Origin: Adineta vaga
Lineage: Eukaryota; Animalia; Rotifera
Reading direction: 5' to 3'
Assembly: GCA_021613535.1 (NCBI GenBank)
Contig: CP075493.1
Coordinates: 16,988,001 to 17,052,000 of the forward strand
DNA: 64,000 nucleotides
The notes beneath the pieces are model-generated. The model searched no databases. It was not told the DNA's origin and saw only the letters and a program-made list of their open reading frames with translations. A program made the position numbers and the translations under genes. Every line of letters starts with the position of its first letter. Position 1 is the stretch's first letter. Of the stretch, positions 38,420-51,799 are shown piece after piece.

Positions 38420-40627
38420 ATGCAATTGTTAACTATCGTTTTTTTTACCGTGCTCATCTTCATCAACACTTTCGCATATCCAGTTACTTATGATCAAGTT
38501 CGTGGTATTCCCTACCGTGTCTCGTATGATCATCGAGCAATTACCATCAATGGCAATCGCACACTCCTCTTTTCAGGAGTAATTCATTATCCCCGATCAA
38601 CACCAGCCATGTGGCCATACTTGATGTCGAAGGCTAAAGAACAGGGTCTCAATACAATACAAACTTATGTATTTTGGAACATACATGAACAAAAACGTGG
38701 AACATATGATTTTAGTGGACGTGCTAATTTGAGTCTATTTCTTCAAGAAGCTGCTAATGCTGGATTGTTCGTTAATCTGAGACTAGGTCCATATGTGTGT
38801 GCTGAATGGGACTATGGTGCTTTGCCGGTATGGCTTAATAATATTCCTAATATTGCATTTCGTTCCAGTAATGATGCCTGGAAGAGTGAAATGAAACGAT
38901 TTTTATCGGATATTATTGTCTATGTTGACGGATTTCTTGCTAAAAATGGTGGACCAATTATTCTTGCTCAAATTGAAAATGAATACGGTGGAAATGATAG
39001 GGCTTATGTCGATTGGTGTGGTAGTTTGGTATCGAATGATTTTGCATCAACACAAATCCCATGGATTATGTGCAACGGCCTTGCGGCAAATTCAACTATT
39101 GAAACATGCAATGGATGTAATTGTTTTGACGACGGTTGGATGGATAGACATCGTCGAACTTATCCCAATCAACCGTTACTTTTCACGGAAAATTGGGGTT
39201 GGTTTCAAGGGTGGGGTGAGGGTTTAGGTATCCGAACACCCGAAGATCTTGCCTACTCAGTTGCTGAATGGTTTGCTAATGGTGGTGCTTACCATGCATA
39301 TTATATGTGGCATGGGGGTAATCATTATGGTCGAACAGGTGGATCAGGTCTGACAACGGCATACTCTGATGATGTTATTCTTCGCGCTGATGGTACACCG
39401 AACGAGCCGAAATTTACTCATTTAAATCGTTTACAACGTCTTCTTGCTAGTCAGGCACAAGTACTATTGAGTCAAGATTCTAATCGATTATCAATACCCT
39501 ACTGGAATGGAAAACAATGGACAGTAGGTACGCAACAGATGGTCTACTCATATCCTCCATCTGTTCAGTTTGTTATTAATCAAGCTGCATTTTCATTATT
39601 TGTTCTTTTCAATAAACAAAATATTTCAATAGCTGGTCAATCTGTTCAAATTTATGACTATAATGAACATCTACTGTGGAACAGTGCCGATGTGAGTGGT
39701 ATTTCCAGAAATAATACTTTTCTTGTACCGATTGTAGTGGGTCCACTTGACTGGCAAGTCTACTCGGAACCATTCACATCTGACTTACCAGTCATCGTGG
39801 CATCGACACCCTTAGAACAACTTAATCTAACTAATGATGAAACCATCTACCTATGGTATCGTCGTAATGTCTCACTTAGTCAACCATCCGTACAAACAAT
39901 CGTTCAGGTACAAACACGTCGAGCAAATAGTTTACTCTTTTTTATGGACCGACAATTTGTGGGTTATTTCGATGATCATTCACATACACAAGGTACAATT
40001 AATGTTAATATTACACTTAATCTTTCACAGTTTCTTCCCAATCAACAATATATTTTTGAAATTCTTTCGGTTTCGCTTGGTATTGACAATTTTAATATAG
40101 GACCAGGTAGTTTTGAATATAAGGGTATAGTTGGCAATGTGTCTCTCGGAGGACAATCATTAGTCGGTGACGAAGCGAGCATCTGGGAACATCAAAAAGG
40201 TTTATTTGGTGAAGCGCATCAGATTTATACTGAACAAGGTTCAAAAACAGTTGAATGGAATCCTAAGTGGACGACAGTTATCAATAAACCAGTAACCTGG
40301 TTTCAAACTCGCTTTGATCTAAATCATCTTGCTCGGGAAGATCTCAATGCTAATCCAATCTTGCTCGATGCATTTGGTTTTAACCGTGGTCATGCTTTTG
40401 TTAACGGAAATGATATCGGTCTCTATTGGTTGATTGAAGGTACCTGTCAAAATAACTTATGTTGTTGTCTACAAAATCAAACTAATTGTCAACAACCCAG
40501 TCAACGCTATTATCACATTTCATCTGATTGGCTCAAGCCTACAAACAATTTGTTAACCGTTTTTGAAGAGATTGGCGCATCATCACCCAAATCTGTGGGT
40601 CTTGTTCAACGAATTATTAACACCTAG
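38420..40627 (+). CDS. GH35 beta-galactosidase, secreted, intronless
   Basis: SGVIHYPRS, IQTYVFWNIHE, RLGPYVCAEW, GGPIILAQIENEYG (acid/base), FTENWGWF (nucleophile), YYMWHGGNHYG, GHAFVNGNDIGLYW, PSQRYYH. Signal peptide from ATG 38420. Confidence 0.95.
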   Translation: MQLLTIVFFTVLIFINTFAYPVTYDQVRGIPYRVSYDHRAITINGNRTLLFSGVIHYPRSTPAMWPYLMSKAKEQGLNTIQTYVFWNIHEQKRGTYDFSGRANLSLFLQEAANAGLFVNLRLGPYVCAEWDYGALPVWLNNIPNIAFRSSNDAWKSEMKRFLSDIIVYVDGFLAKNGGPIILAQIENEYGGNDRAYVDWCGSLVSNDFASTQIPWIMCNGLAANSTIETCNGCNCFDDGWMDRHRRTYPNQPLLFTENWGWFQGWGEGLGIRTPEDLAYSVAEWFANGGAYHAYYMWHGGNHYGRTGGSGLTTAYSDDVILRADGTPNEPKFTHLNRLQRLLASQAQVLLSQDSNRLSIPYWNGKQWTVGTQQMVYSYPPSVQFVINQAAFSLFVLFNKQNISIAGQSVQIYDYNEHLLWNSADVSGISRNNTFLVPIVVGPLDWQVYSEPFTSDLPVIVASTPLEQLNLTNDETIYLWYRRNVSLSQPSVQTIVQVQTRRANSLLFFMDRQFVGYFDDHSHTQGTINVNITLNLSQFLPNQQYIFEILSVSLGIDNFNIGPGSFEYKGIVGNVSLGGQSLVGDEASIWEHQKGLFGEAHQIYTEQGSKTVEWNPKWTTVINKPVTWFQTRFDLNHLAREDLNANPILLDAFGFNRGHAFVNGNDIGLYWLIEGTCQNNLCCCLQNQTNCQQPSQRYYHISSDWLKPTNNLLTVFEEIGASSPKSVGLVQRIINT

Positions 40628-40777
40628 TCTATTTGACTACTCTTTTTTTTCATGTACTCATTTAATCACATTCACTTCCGTAACTAAAGGCGTATTCATC
40701 ATCTTTTTTAAAATTAGAACTTAATGAAGTTAGAGAATGGCGAGGATTGAATATCGTATTTGCTAGTGGAACACTCA

Positions 40778-40849
40778 ACATCTTGAGAGTGTGAGTGTGG
40801 GTGTGGGTAAGGGTGATAGTTGTATCTGACGCCCACACCCTCAAGATGT
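40778..40849. repeat. Telomere-like inverted-repeat cassette (best-preserved ends)
   Basis: ACATCTTGAG-AGTGTGAGTGTGGGTGTGGGTAAGGGTG-spacer-CCCACACC-CTCAAGATGT, with perfect 10-bp outer inverted ends. Confidence 0.9.
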
Positions 40850-41434
40850 ATATTATCTCTTCGTAAGTAATATCTATTCAAAAGAAAGTTAACTTTAGAA
40901 AAAAACGTCGACAATAGTGGCCATTCATGTTTCCATTCTATTCACAACATCTGCATTATCAAGTAAAAAACTTTTTCTAACTGAGTAAATATAACTGTTC
41001 AACTAAGTCTGATTTTTGACCGTGCGTATGATATAATAGAAAATCATATTTCTTATTTTTTTGAGTACAAATGCATCCATAAAAAAATCTTTCTCTATTC
41101 TATAGCAGCAACACAGCTGCTCAGCGAACATATTCGAGGCCAATGAGCTACTGTTTTCAATGATGGATATGATATAATAGAAAGTCATATTTCTCCTTTT
41201 ATGTTGTGCAATTACATTCCTGATTAAATGTTTCTCCACTCCAGTGTTGCAAGTCAGCTGTTTAGCGAGAATGCTCAAAGGTAGCAAAGTATTCATTTCA
41301 ATAAGATGTCTGAAAAAGAAAAAAAAATTGTAATGCTACTTCACCAGTGCTCGTTGCATCTATAAAAGTATCTTTTTTTTCTTTTGAGACTGCAGTTTTT
41401 TTAGTGGATCTGCTAGTGCTTATTCGATTATATA

Positions 41435-42324
41435 AAGTAGTGTGCAAAAAAATTTGCCGTTCCATACATGGACTTTCTCGAGCTGTATCTGTTCAGTGTA
41501 TAAGTGTATACTTTTGAAACTTTTCTCAATAATTCAGGAGATGCCATAGAACGTAGTATGCACAAAACTTTTGCAAAAATGCTATCATGTCGAGTGGGAA
41601 GAATCGTGACTTGAATACTACCTGTCTATTTTATATATCAGATAATCATATTACACTATCAGGACTATAGCAATCGTTGTCCTTCTGACAACGTATTCTG
41701 AGCGAAGGTCTTTATCAATAGTATCTAATAACATGTAAATGAGCTTCGAACAAAAGTTATCTGGTGACCAAACAGGCGATCAGGGTCTATAGAACCACCG
41801 TCCGTAAATGGTGTTATCAACGGATTTCCGTATTTTCTCAATAATAGTTAATAGAAAACGCCTATAATTTTCAGAGTAGGAAGACCGGGACTTATCGAGA
41901 AAATTTCACTTCAACTGAAGAGTCCTAGAATACATCTTCAGGCTTCGATAGGCGTTATAAATCGTGATAATGGTGCTTGCGTTATTTCCTAATTCAAGCA
42001 TTATATCGAGCTGAAACTTCTGTCATGTTTTTTACATGCCAAATGTAAAGCATAGTTGGCCTTATCTTATTCTAAATGTGTCTTTTATACAAAGATAGAA
42101 ATTTTACATATGGGAAAAACTAGCCTTAGTTATCCTGACTACACCGGTGGAAACACTTCATTTACTCTTTTTTGACTTGCAGCAAAGTTGAGCTGGCCAC
42201 CAATTATTATATTTGTATTCTCTATTATGTGTACACTATGTACGCAAAACAACTTCCAATATTCATTATGTTTAGTGAAACAATTTTGCTAAATACTAAC
42301 GGCAATTTTTTTTGCACTCTACTG
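41435..42324. mobile_element. Degenerate Tc1/mariner-type element (~890 bp)
   Basis: TA|AAGTAGTGTGCAAAAAAATTTGCCGTT ... AACGGCAATTTTTTTTGCACTCTACTG|TA: ~27-bp imperfect TIRs with TA target duplication and a decayed interior. Confidence 0.75.
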
Positions 42325-43190
42325 TATACGGACACTATAATATTTGAATCTAGCAAATAACTATATTTTTATTTATTGATCAATTAGACTGTTTGGAAAA
42401 GTTTTTTTTTCTCGCAATGATGCGTGGTGACTGTAGAAAGAGCAATCTGGTTGGAAATACGCAAGTTTTATACAAACATTAGTTTTGAGTAAGACTTTAT
42501 TTTCGCATCTGAGATTTAGCACTGAAAATCATTATATTGAGTTCAATCAGAACTATCGGTTTTTCGTCAAGAAACGTATAATGTGTCTCTCTATATCTAT
42601 ATCTATTTTACTAACAACCGTATTTCTACATATAGGACATAAATAATTAGCTGATTACCACTTTCATAAACGAATAATGGAAAGAATATAGTAAAGTTCG
42701 CTTCTCTCAAGGCGAAATGTTTTTTGATGGTTAAGGACTATTTATTCTTTGAACAGTTCGTATTCAAAAAGCTTCTGATTTTTGCTTCTAATCGAACAGA
42801 TTTTTTGATTATTGGATGATAAGCCTTTCTTGCAACACTTCTGCTTAAATGTTGCGTTTCGAAATGTCATTTGTTAAAGCTGAACTTCTTCTCGTCAATA
42901 GAGTAACGAAAGTCTAAGCTATTGAAACAGTTTTCTTCTGAAAATCTTTCTTTCGAAAAAGTTGACATATCTCCTATAATCCATCACTGGTTATCCAATG
43001 ATTTGTATCAGTATTTCGGGCAATAGATGCTCAACACTTCTACAAAATGAGCTGATGTCATTATGTAACGATTTCTCATCACATTCTATGTCAAGATCAT
43101 GTTTTTATAAAAGTATAAATGGTCTTACCATCAGTCTTATTTAGTCCCATCTTATACACCATTTTTATTTTCTTCTTAATACATGATACC

Positions 43191-43830
43191 ATGGTAAACA
43201 TTTGTTATTTCAGATAGAACCATCGACTTTTGACGACAGTTATCGTCGGAATAGAACTAAAATAGAAACAACAGTTGACGATTAAAAGAAAAAGGTTCAG
43301 AAGATTAATTCAGTCGTGTCAGTTTTGATTTTTTTTAGTTATTAAAGAAATCAACTACGAAACTACCAAAACGATGTCTCACGAAGAAGGGGTATCCTCA
43401 AAGGATGAAAATAATCCCATACGCCATGCAAACCATTCTGAAAGCATGAACATGACACAAGTATTCTTCGATGAAAAACATTCACCTCAACCGATGATAC
43501 AGAAAACAAGTACGACAGCTCCATTGACAACACCGTATGCATTACCGGTTCTTAGATGATTAATAAAAACTTTCCTTTTTTTAGGATTACAATAGTTGAT
43601 CGAAGAAAAAAACGATCCTTGAAAATTTTTATCATTACTGCTGCCGTCTTGATTCTTGTAGCTACTTTAATTACAATAGCTCTTGTTTTGAAAAAAAAAC
43701 TAGATACAACAGGTATAGTTTTGTCGATAAGAAAAGAATATACGCAGATAATTTTCATTTAGAACTAATAAAACACAAAATCTACTAATTTTCTCAGTCA
43801 ATCAGTATTTAATACATCTGCGCAATAGCT
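43191..43830 (+). pseudogene. 5' exons of a type II membrane protein gene, truncated
   Basis: Short exons ending in RRKKRSLKIFIITAAVLILVATLITIALVLKKK. In-frame stop in an upstream exon; no downstream domain is clearly connected. Confidence 0.45.
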
Positions 43831-44645
43831 CTAGCCATTTTATTGAACTTTTAGGCACATAGTAAGGTATTCCTGAAAACTTATATTATAAAAGTTTTAA
43901 TCTGAAATTTTACCAGCAGATAAATTTAATGGAGATTATCATAGTTCGTCAGTTTAAAAAGAACGAACGCGTTATTCTCGAGATACTGAGTTTACAAGGT
44001 AACTTGATTATCTTTTTATTCTTGCAAGAAATGACTATGTTACAAATTTGATATTTTGCAAACACTTATTTATTTTTATTGAAACTTTCGAGACATTTTA
44101 ATTTTGCTTAGATTTATTTACTAGAAAAATCTCAGGCCAAAAGTTTATAATGCGATTATTGTACAGATGTACTGTTCTGAATATCTCCTATCTATGATAT
44201 AGATGAGACGTTGGTCCATGATTATTACCTGAGATATTTCCATCATAAAATTGTTTTTGACAGAGTTTTTTACCTGAGACAGACAACAATCAAATAGTCG
44301 AAACCTATATACAAAGTGTCAACAGCATCTTACAGTTACATTCGCTGCTCTTGTAGATAGTACCTATAAGAAAATAAAATACAGCTGGTCCTAATTTTTC
44401 GACAATGTACCTCTGATAATGGCTGTACAAGTTTATATTGCTTCGAGCACACTTTTCTTGATCGATTGTGCCAATAAGCAGTGTTGTGAGGTAGATACTT
44501 TTACCATGATACAAAGTATTTTTGATAAAGCAAATTACCACTATAGATTATCAGATATAATCTTATGCTATATAGGAGAACTCCTAATGGGCCGAAAGTT
44601 TTTCAAAAAGTCGCGCATTTCGTCCAAAAATTGACTTTTCGATTA

Positions 44646-44660
44646 ACACACCCTCAAGAT
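44646..44660. repeat. Half cassette (C-rich arm only)
   Basis: ACACACCCTCAAGAT, matching the right end of the 40778-40849 copy. Confidence 0.6.
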
Positions 44661-45045
44661 TTGTTGAGATCGAGAAGTTCAGTCTTGGTATATCCCTACG
44701 CAGCACTCTGTATGTGATCTCCTACACTTGCCATTTTGGACTTCTCTATGATAGTTTGCTCTATTTAGTTACAAAAAATGCAACAAAAATTTCAAGTCTT
44801 GGTAAGTAAAAACTGTTCATATTCCTGCTTTGATAGATCGATAAATGTTTGCGATTCTTTTTTCAAGATACAAGTACAATATTGGCAAGGTATGTTTTTT
44901 CTGAGTCATTCTTTTCCATTGTCTATAGTAGTGTGGTCATCGTCGACTACTGTGCTGTTCAGGTAAACGATTGATAAGGTGATTTGCTAACATAATACAA
45001 GAGTCTGTTTGAATCTATCATCGTTCTGTTAAAAAAATTAAGAAC

Positions 45046-45124
45046 GTGGGTACGAATGTGGGTATATATCTAATATGGACAAAACGCCAGTATATACCTC
45101 ACACCCACACCCACATCCACCCTC
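45046..45124. repeat. Telomere-like inverted-repeat cassette
   Basis: GTGGGTACGAATGTGGGTATATA-spacer-TATATACCTCACACCCACACCCACATCCACCCTC. Confidence 0.75.
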
Positions 45125-45901
45125 TTTCTTTCTTTACGATGAACAACACATTCGTTTAGATACTCGCATTTGTCTCTGCTCTTCTGTGATATACAAGCAT
45201 ATGATTCGATAGAGTTGCCCGAGTTGAATCAAGCACACACTTATTTTTATCTTACATAGCCGTGTAGACATATTATTTCGAGAGAACTTCTAATCAACAG
45301 TTGACTTTTCTTCGATGTTAAGCAAATCGTGTTCTATACATGTCAAACTTAGTAACATGGACAAACGAACTGTACACCTTTTTAATATTAAACATTTCTT
45401 TCTGTTTTTCAAGTGTCGCCATGAATACAACCATCAATCCCAACATCACAAGACCAAAAAATCCATGTAAGCGAGAGAAAGCTCAAATCAGTCGATCGAT
45501 TAGCGTTGAAATATGTGATAATTCAATATTTCCAAACAGTTGAAAAAAAAACTCAAGAAGAATCCTTTGCTCTGAGAGTTATTGAGTGGTATCATGCTTC
45601 CAAACCTGTAGAGTAGATGGATTCAGTCGTTGTTGTGAAAAAAGATGATCGGTTCGAATTGAGTACATTCGAGACTAGTTTATCAAATTGATTTGATCCT
45701 CAGATATTTTTCATATTTCGTTTTATCACGGTTCATTCAGCATTGCTTCTTTCTATAATAATCGAGTTTCAGATGGATGTGTAATGCAAAGCTTCTATAG
45801 AATGAAACCTTCATTATCTTTGGGAAGATTTTGAAAAGTATTCCGATAGGTAGTCTATTGTTTACGATATGAGAGAATGATTGATTTAATTTGGTTTCGA
45901 G

Positions 45902-46836
45902 GTGCACCGTATGGTTTGGGATGGAATACAACTGGCATTACTATACTCAACTCGTCACAATTGACAAGCTGCAGTGGTCTATATTTGGATTCTAACGGTA
46001 ATTTATATACGGTGGATGAATATTGGAATCATGTTGTGTGGAAATTATTACAAAATACTACGACTGCATTCATTGTGGCAGGAATAATGCGATCAAGAGG
46101 CTCCAATTCTAGTCAATTGAATTTTCCTCAAGATGTTTATGTTGATTCCAACTTAAATTTGTATGTAACTGATTATTATGGTTATCGTGTCCAAAAATTT
46201 ACGAATCAATCTTCAATTGGAGAAACTATTGCCGGAATTTCTAATTCCAAAGGAATCGCACTCAATCAATTTGGTGGTCTCCGATATTTTACTTTTGATT
46301 CAACAGAAACATACATGTACATTACTGATTGTGACAATCATCGTATTATGCGCTATTTCACAAATTCGACCTCTGGAACCGATGGAACACTTGTCGCTGG
46401 TGGAAACGGAGCTGGTACCAACAACACGCAGATGAATTATCCATGGGGAATCTATTATCAACCATCCGTCAGCAAGTATATGTATATCACAAACTATTAT
46501 GGACATTCAGTAATGAGATGGATACCTGGAGCTTCATCAGGTAGTTTTGTAGCTGGCATTCCAGGTATATCAGGTTCAGATGCGACAATGTTGAATAATC
46601 CTATGGGCATCAAAATGGATATCTATCAAAATTTGTTTGTTGTTGACAGTACCAATAATCGAGTGCAGCTGTTTTGTCCCAATAGTTCGGTTGGTATCAC
46701 AATTATCGGCGATGGTATTCCCAGAGATAGTGCAACACAATTGAATAGACCAAGAAGTATTATTTTTGATTCATCAATGAACATGTACATCAGTGATTAT
46801 GGCAATGCTCGAATTCAAAAATTCATGAAACTGTAA
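45902..46836 (+). CDS. NHL-repeat beta-propeller protein (terminal exon; 5' exons not resolved)
   Basis: WNTTGITI, QLNFPQDVYVDSNLNLYVTD, MNYPWGIY, LNNPMGIKMD, QLNRPRSIIFDSSMNMYISDYGNARIQKF. Confidence 0.8.
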
Positions 46837-47540
46837 GATCTAATGAAGTTGAATACTTTCATTGATATCATTAAAAAGACAGAATCGTTGTTGTAACTCA
46901 ATAATAACGTCATACTAACTTATTTCTTGCTCATTTGCCATTGTTCGCTTGATTTCTTTATACTCGTTTCATGTGCTTCTGCTTTACTTGAAAACGTCTC
47001 TGAATAAACTCTCTCGTATTCTATTCTCTACAGAAATAGTTGGTCAATGATCTCAAAAGAAGTGTCTCAAGAGCGTGGGCTTGAATAAGAAAAAATCAAG
47101 CGTCATACTGTGCATTTGAAATATTGTTCTAACGTAAGGTCCCCAACACATAAAAAAACTCGTTCTTTAGACTTTTACATATTAAAATAATCAGAGATGC
47201 GCAAATACAAATAAATATTGTCTATCAAATTACACTGTATTCGATAACTTTGTGCTGTCATGTACTCTACTATATAAGTTCGAAAGATCTAGAATCGGTT
47301 AGTTTATATTGTTGTGCACTGAAAAATTTGAAAGGATCTGGAATAGATTATCTGGTATTATCAGACGTTTATCTGCTTTACATATAAAAAATAGAATTTT
47401 ATATTGTGAAAGATGAGAGAACCGAAATATTCTTAGTATCTTAGAGTTTGATACAGAGAAAGATTGGTAAAATAAGGATATTTTGTGCTATTTGGTTATG
47501 TTATGTATATTCAATTTAAGCAAAACTAGTCAAAGGACAA

Positions 47541-47618
47541 CATGACAGTGTGGGTGTGAGTGAGGGTAGATGCGTGCAAGTCAGTGTCCCAATTCACTCA
47601 CACCCACACCCTGAAGAT
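47541..47618. repeat. Telomere-like inverted-repeat cassette
   Basis: CATGACAGTGTGGGTGTGAGTGAGGG-spacer-TCACTCACACCCACACCCTGAAGAT. Confidence 0.85.
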
Positions 47619-47889
47619 TAAGCCTATGAAGTTCGTTGTAACACCTTTTTTTAGAGTGTTGTTTCGTGTGTTCTTGAATCATATAACGTACTTGCTCTCT
47701 TTGCTTCGAATCGAATGAAATATTTGCATAGTGGACTTGTATAAATTTGTCAGTTGTTTAGGGACGCTAGATCCAAGAAGCAACTTCTAAAGTGTGCCTT
47801 CAGATTAACACTATATTGGGATAGCGTTTTTGTTCCAAGGATACTTCTGCCGTTTGAACATCAATCATTGAATGCGTTTATATACTTGA

Positions 47890-48345
47890 ACTGGGAATGA
47901 ATGACGTATTTGAAGAGAATGTTACTATGAATTATTCATTGTTCGGTTGTTCTTCGATCAAAGAATACACTCGATATCTTTCCATTGAATTAGGTGAAAT
48001 ATTTGAGGAAAATGTTGGTCTTTGTTTCAATTATCCGATTTATCAGTATTTCTTAACCATAGTATCCACTTGCTTTCTTTAGTTTGGATTGGAGAAGATA
48101 TTTGAAGAAAATGTTAACACTATGAATTATTTATTTGCCATGTTTTTTTTAAATTATATAATGCACTCAATATCTTTGTATCGAGTTGGATGAAATGTTC
48201 GAAGAGAATGTTCGTACTAGTGCCACTACTTTTGGTGATAGTGGTACTTGTTTGAATATTTATGAATGGTGAGCTTATGGATCACATATTGAAGTGGTAA
48301 TCTTTGAATTGAATCCGATGTAATATTCGAAGAGACTGTTTTTAC
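47890..48345. repeat. Degenerate ~95-130 bp tandem repeat
   Basis: Motif TT(T/C)GAAGA(G/A)AATGTT recurs near 47910, 48002, 48100, 48198 and 48326. Confidence 0.5.
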
Positions 48346-49622
48346 ACCAGAGAAGTAAGCTAGGTATGTTATTTTAATTGAGTCTTTCATTGATGGTCAA
48401 TTTAGAAAGTCTTCTGAAATCCTATTGTATCATTCATATATTCTTCTTTGAGTTTATCCTTTTTAGTATTTTTGGTTTTATGAATTGTTTTAATATTTCT
48501 TTCTTCGTAGAACACATGGCACGAGTTCACGTCTATCATCTACTCTCAACAGTGCCGTCAATTATTAGTCACTTTAATAAACATTATTCAGTAGTTGGTT
48601 TCTTTTCCTTTTACATTTTCATAACATTTTCTGTTTTTATACTAACCACGCATATCTTATTATTAAACATTTCCACTTATCTATCTTTTCTTTATTATAT
48701 TGTCAGTTTTTATTGGTTTCTTAGTTTTAATAAAATATACAAGGTTAAAATGTACCCTAATTGTTGTTTGCTTTGAAGTAAAATGTGCTTTTTTCAGAAT
48801 ATTCTTCTGAACATATTTTAGAAGTTTTAACTTTCAAGAATGATTTCGTCTTTTGTACGATATTTTTTCCATCATATAATTGTATATTTCCTGTAGGGCT
48901 GTATTTCAGAGTTTAAAATCAACCAATCCTGTCATATTTTAAACACTATTATAGAATTCGTTAACGCAATCCTTTTGTTTTGTTTGAAAACTCATTTTGT
49001 GCCTTTATTTTACTCTCATATCGCAGTCAAACATTTGATGGATACTGTTGAGCAAAATTCCAACTAAAAACTACAAATAAAACCGCGTATATCATGCCTT
49101 TCTCCTGTCTGTGAAATATTTTAACAGAAAAGTTCGGATATGCAGTTTATCATTACAGCAACAGTTTCTTTTTTGTAGCAGCTATAGTTGTCACATCCAC
49201 AATCGTCGCCAGATAGCAAAAACATGCTCAAAACTTTCATCTTCTCTTTTCTCTACATTTATATTTATGCAATTGCCGATATATACATATGAAACGATAC
49301 ATCACTCCAAATTTCAATGATTTTACGTAGAATATCTTAGCGCTCGATTCGACTTTTCCTAGGATTTATTCGTTATGATATGCGTTCCAATTTTGCTCCC
49401 ACTGGTTCCAAGTCGAACTTGACGAGCTCTATCGATTCCAATAACCAGATTTTTGCGTAGGTCTCTTCCTTAATCCTCAAAACTCCTAAAAACTACTAAA
49501 ATTTGGTTCAATTGCACTTTAACGACACCGTCACAATCGACGTGAGAGTGTTCGTCAAGGGTCTCACTAAAGTACAGTTGTATCTCGGGCGCCAAGATAT
49601 CCTACGTTTATTTTGAGACTTT

Positions 49623-51117
49623 CTATAAGAGATTATATTTTAGTACACGATTATTGTTCAAATCGGGTACGTATAAACTAAAATTTGAATCGATAACAAT
49701 ATTTTGAGGACTACTTAATCCAATAGTTATAATTGGTATTCCAATCTTTGAATTAGGACAGAACATTGTTATTCGACTATTATTGACATTATTACCATCA
49801 GCTACATACATATTACCATATCTATCAAATATTAATCCTTTTGGTAAATAGAGTAGAGTTTCATTTGTGCCTGGACTTCCACACACACCAGCAATAGCTG
49901 TACCACTTATATCTCCTGGTCTCCATTTGACAATACAATGTGCATTTTGATTGGCAATGTAGAGTATACCTGTATAAGGATCTACATAGATGCCTGTAGG
50001 AGTATTGAGTTGATAAATAGAGTTTCCGGCAGTACCATTACCTGCTACTAGAGTTGCATTGGTTGAGTTTGGTGCTAGTTTTAAAATACGATGATAATTG
50101 ATATCTGGTATGTAAATATTACCAATGGAATCGCCACTTAAACCAAACATGCCACCATAGAGATTGTTAGGAGTGGTTGTGGTTCCATTTCCATAGATCT
50201 TATGACCATATATAGATTTATTGACAAAAACTTGTACACGTAAATTCTGTCTATCCGCAACGAACATATTTTCATATTTATCGATATAAACGGCTGTGGG
50301 TCTATTCAATTGTGTATTATTGTTACCTGGTCCTTGTCCACCAGCTACTATTGCGCCACTAGTAGCACCAACTTCCCATTTCAAAATGCGATGATTACTT
50401 GTATCAGCTATATACAGAACATCACTTCCATTAACCATGAAAAGAGATTGAGGAGATTGAACTTGATTTGTACCATTACCACGAGTAGCCAATACAATTG
50501 GAGTTGTATTCCAATGTAATATAACACCTAAAAGTAAGAAAAAAAAACTCATTGATATCTCTACTCTTCATACATTTCACTTACATTCAAAATTATCTGT
50601 TGTCGTTGGAGATTCTAAATAGATATTATCAGTATTAAGAAGATTTTATTAAAAAATAAGATTTTACCTGTTGTATCTGATTGTATCGATGTAACGATTG
50701 GAACTAATAGAAAAAGACATCATTTTTAAGAATATAAAATGTAGAAATCTTACCTTCAGTAGTTAGTTCCATCATCGTCATTGTATTTTCCCATTGTTCT
50801 ATTGAAGGTAGTTGTCGGAAATAGAATATACTATTTGAATTATTTTTCATTTGATAATAACTAGAATTTTCATATGTCAATGAATTAAATAATTCACAAA
50901 TAACTGTATTATTATTTTCAATAATACAATTTAATGATAAAATTAAATTATTTCCCATAGAATTAATCAAAATACATAGACATTCATGACATGATGATTT
51001 ATTAATTATTTCATTCGTAGAATTGATAATTAAAGATACATTGAAAATAGTTCCTATTTCAATTGCATGAATTATAGTTACAACAATGAAGACGTTAAAT
51101 ATCGATACAAGAAACAT
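49623..51117 (-). CDS. Secreted NHL-repeat protein with N-terminal Cys-containing (apple-like) domain
   Basis: Signal peptide MFLVSIFNVFIVVTIIHA, SCHECLC domain, two Thr-rich micro-exons, and a large NHL exon (YIADTSNHRILKW, QLNRPTAVYID, LNTPTGIYVD, YVPDLNNNRVLKY). Confidence 0.85.
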
Positions 51118-51606
51118 CTTACTTTGTATTATCTTTCTATATGAGCATTGATTTTACATCAATATTTATTATTTTAGATTCGTATTAAAAATGCACGATA
51201 AATTGATTCTCAAGCATAGAGTCCGAAAACAAGAAAAAAGAATTTCCCATTTGTTTGATGAAAGACATAAATATTGTTGCGATTTATTAAAGTTTTTTCT
51301 CTATTGTTCGCTGACGATATATAGGATGAAAATAATGATTTCTCTCGAGTAAGAAGAGTTATGTTAAAATCTTTCTATCAGACATTGAAAAAAATCATTG
51401 AAATTGAGAAAATTTATCTAAGATTTTGAACATTTCTTTATATTCTTATCTTTAATTTTTTTCTTTTAATCTCATTCAACAAACAATATTTCAACTGAAA
51501 TATCAATAGATCAAAAGAGATTGTTCGAAATATTATAATTCAATTTTCAAAACTCTGAAAAGAATCTCTTCTCTCTTTTTTCAGATCTAAACAAACTCTC
51601 AAAGTT

Positions 51607-51658
51607 CATCTTGACGGATGTAGATGAGAGTGTAGAATCTACACATGCATCCTTTCAG
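51607..51658. repeat. Degenerate telomere-like inverted-repeat cassette
   Basis: CATCTTGACGGATGTAGATGAGAGTGTAG-AAT-CTACACATGCATCCTTTCAG. Confidence 0.55.
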
Positions 51659-51799
51659 TTGAGGAAACATTTTGAGTATTATCTAAAGAAATTTTAAATC
51701 CAAGCAACACAATAAAATTCGAGATTACAATAAACTAGATAATTATTGATAAATGTCATTTACATAAATTCTTCTTTGTTTTTCAAATATTACATATGA

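Noticed and set aside
42650-43100. Possible minus-strand transposase remnant
   Set aside because: Too decayed; no diagnostic motif could be read.
48378-48776. 132-aa hydrophobic ORF
   Set aside because: T-rich low-complexity sequence with a non-ATG start and no motif; likely spurious.
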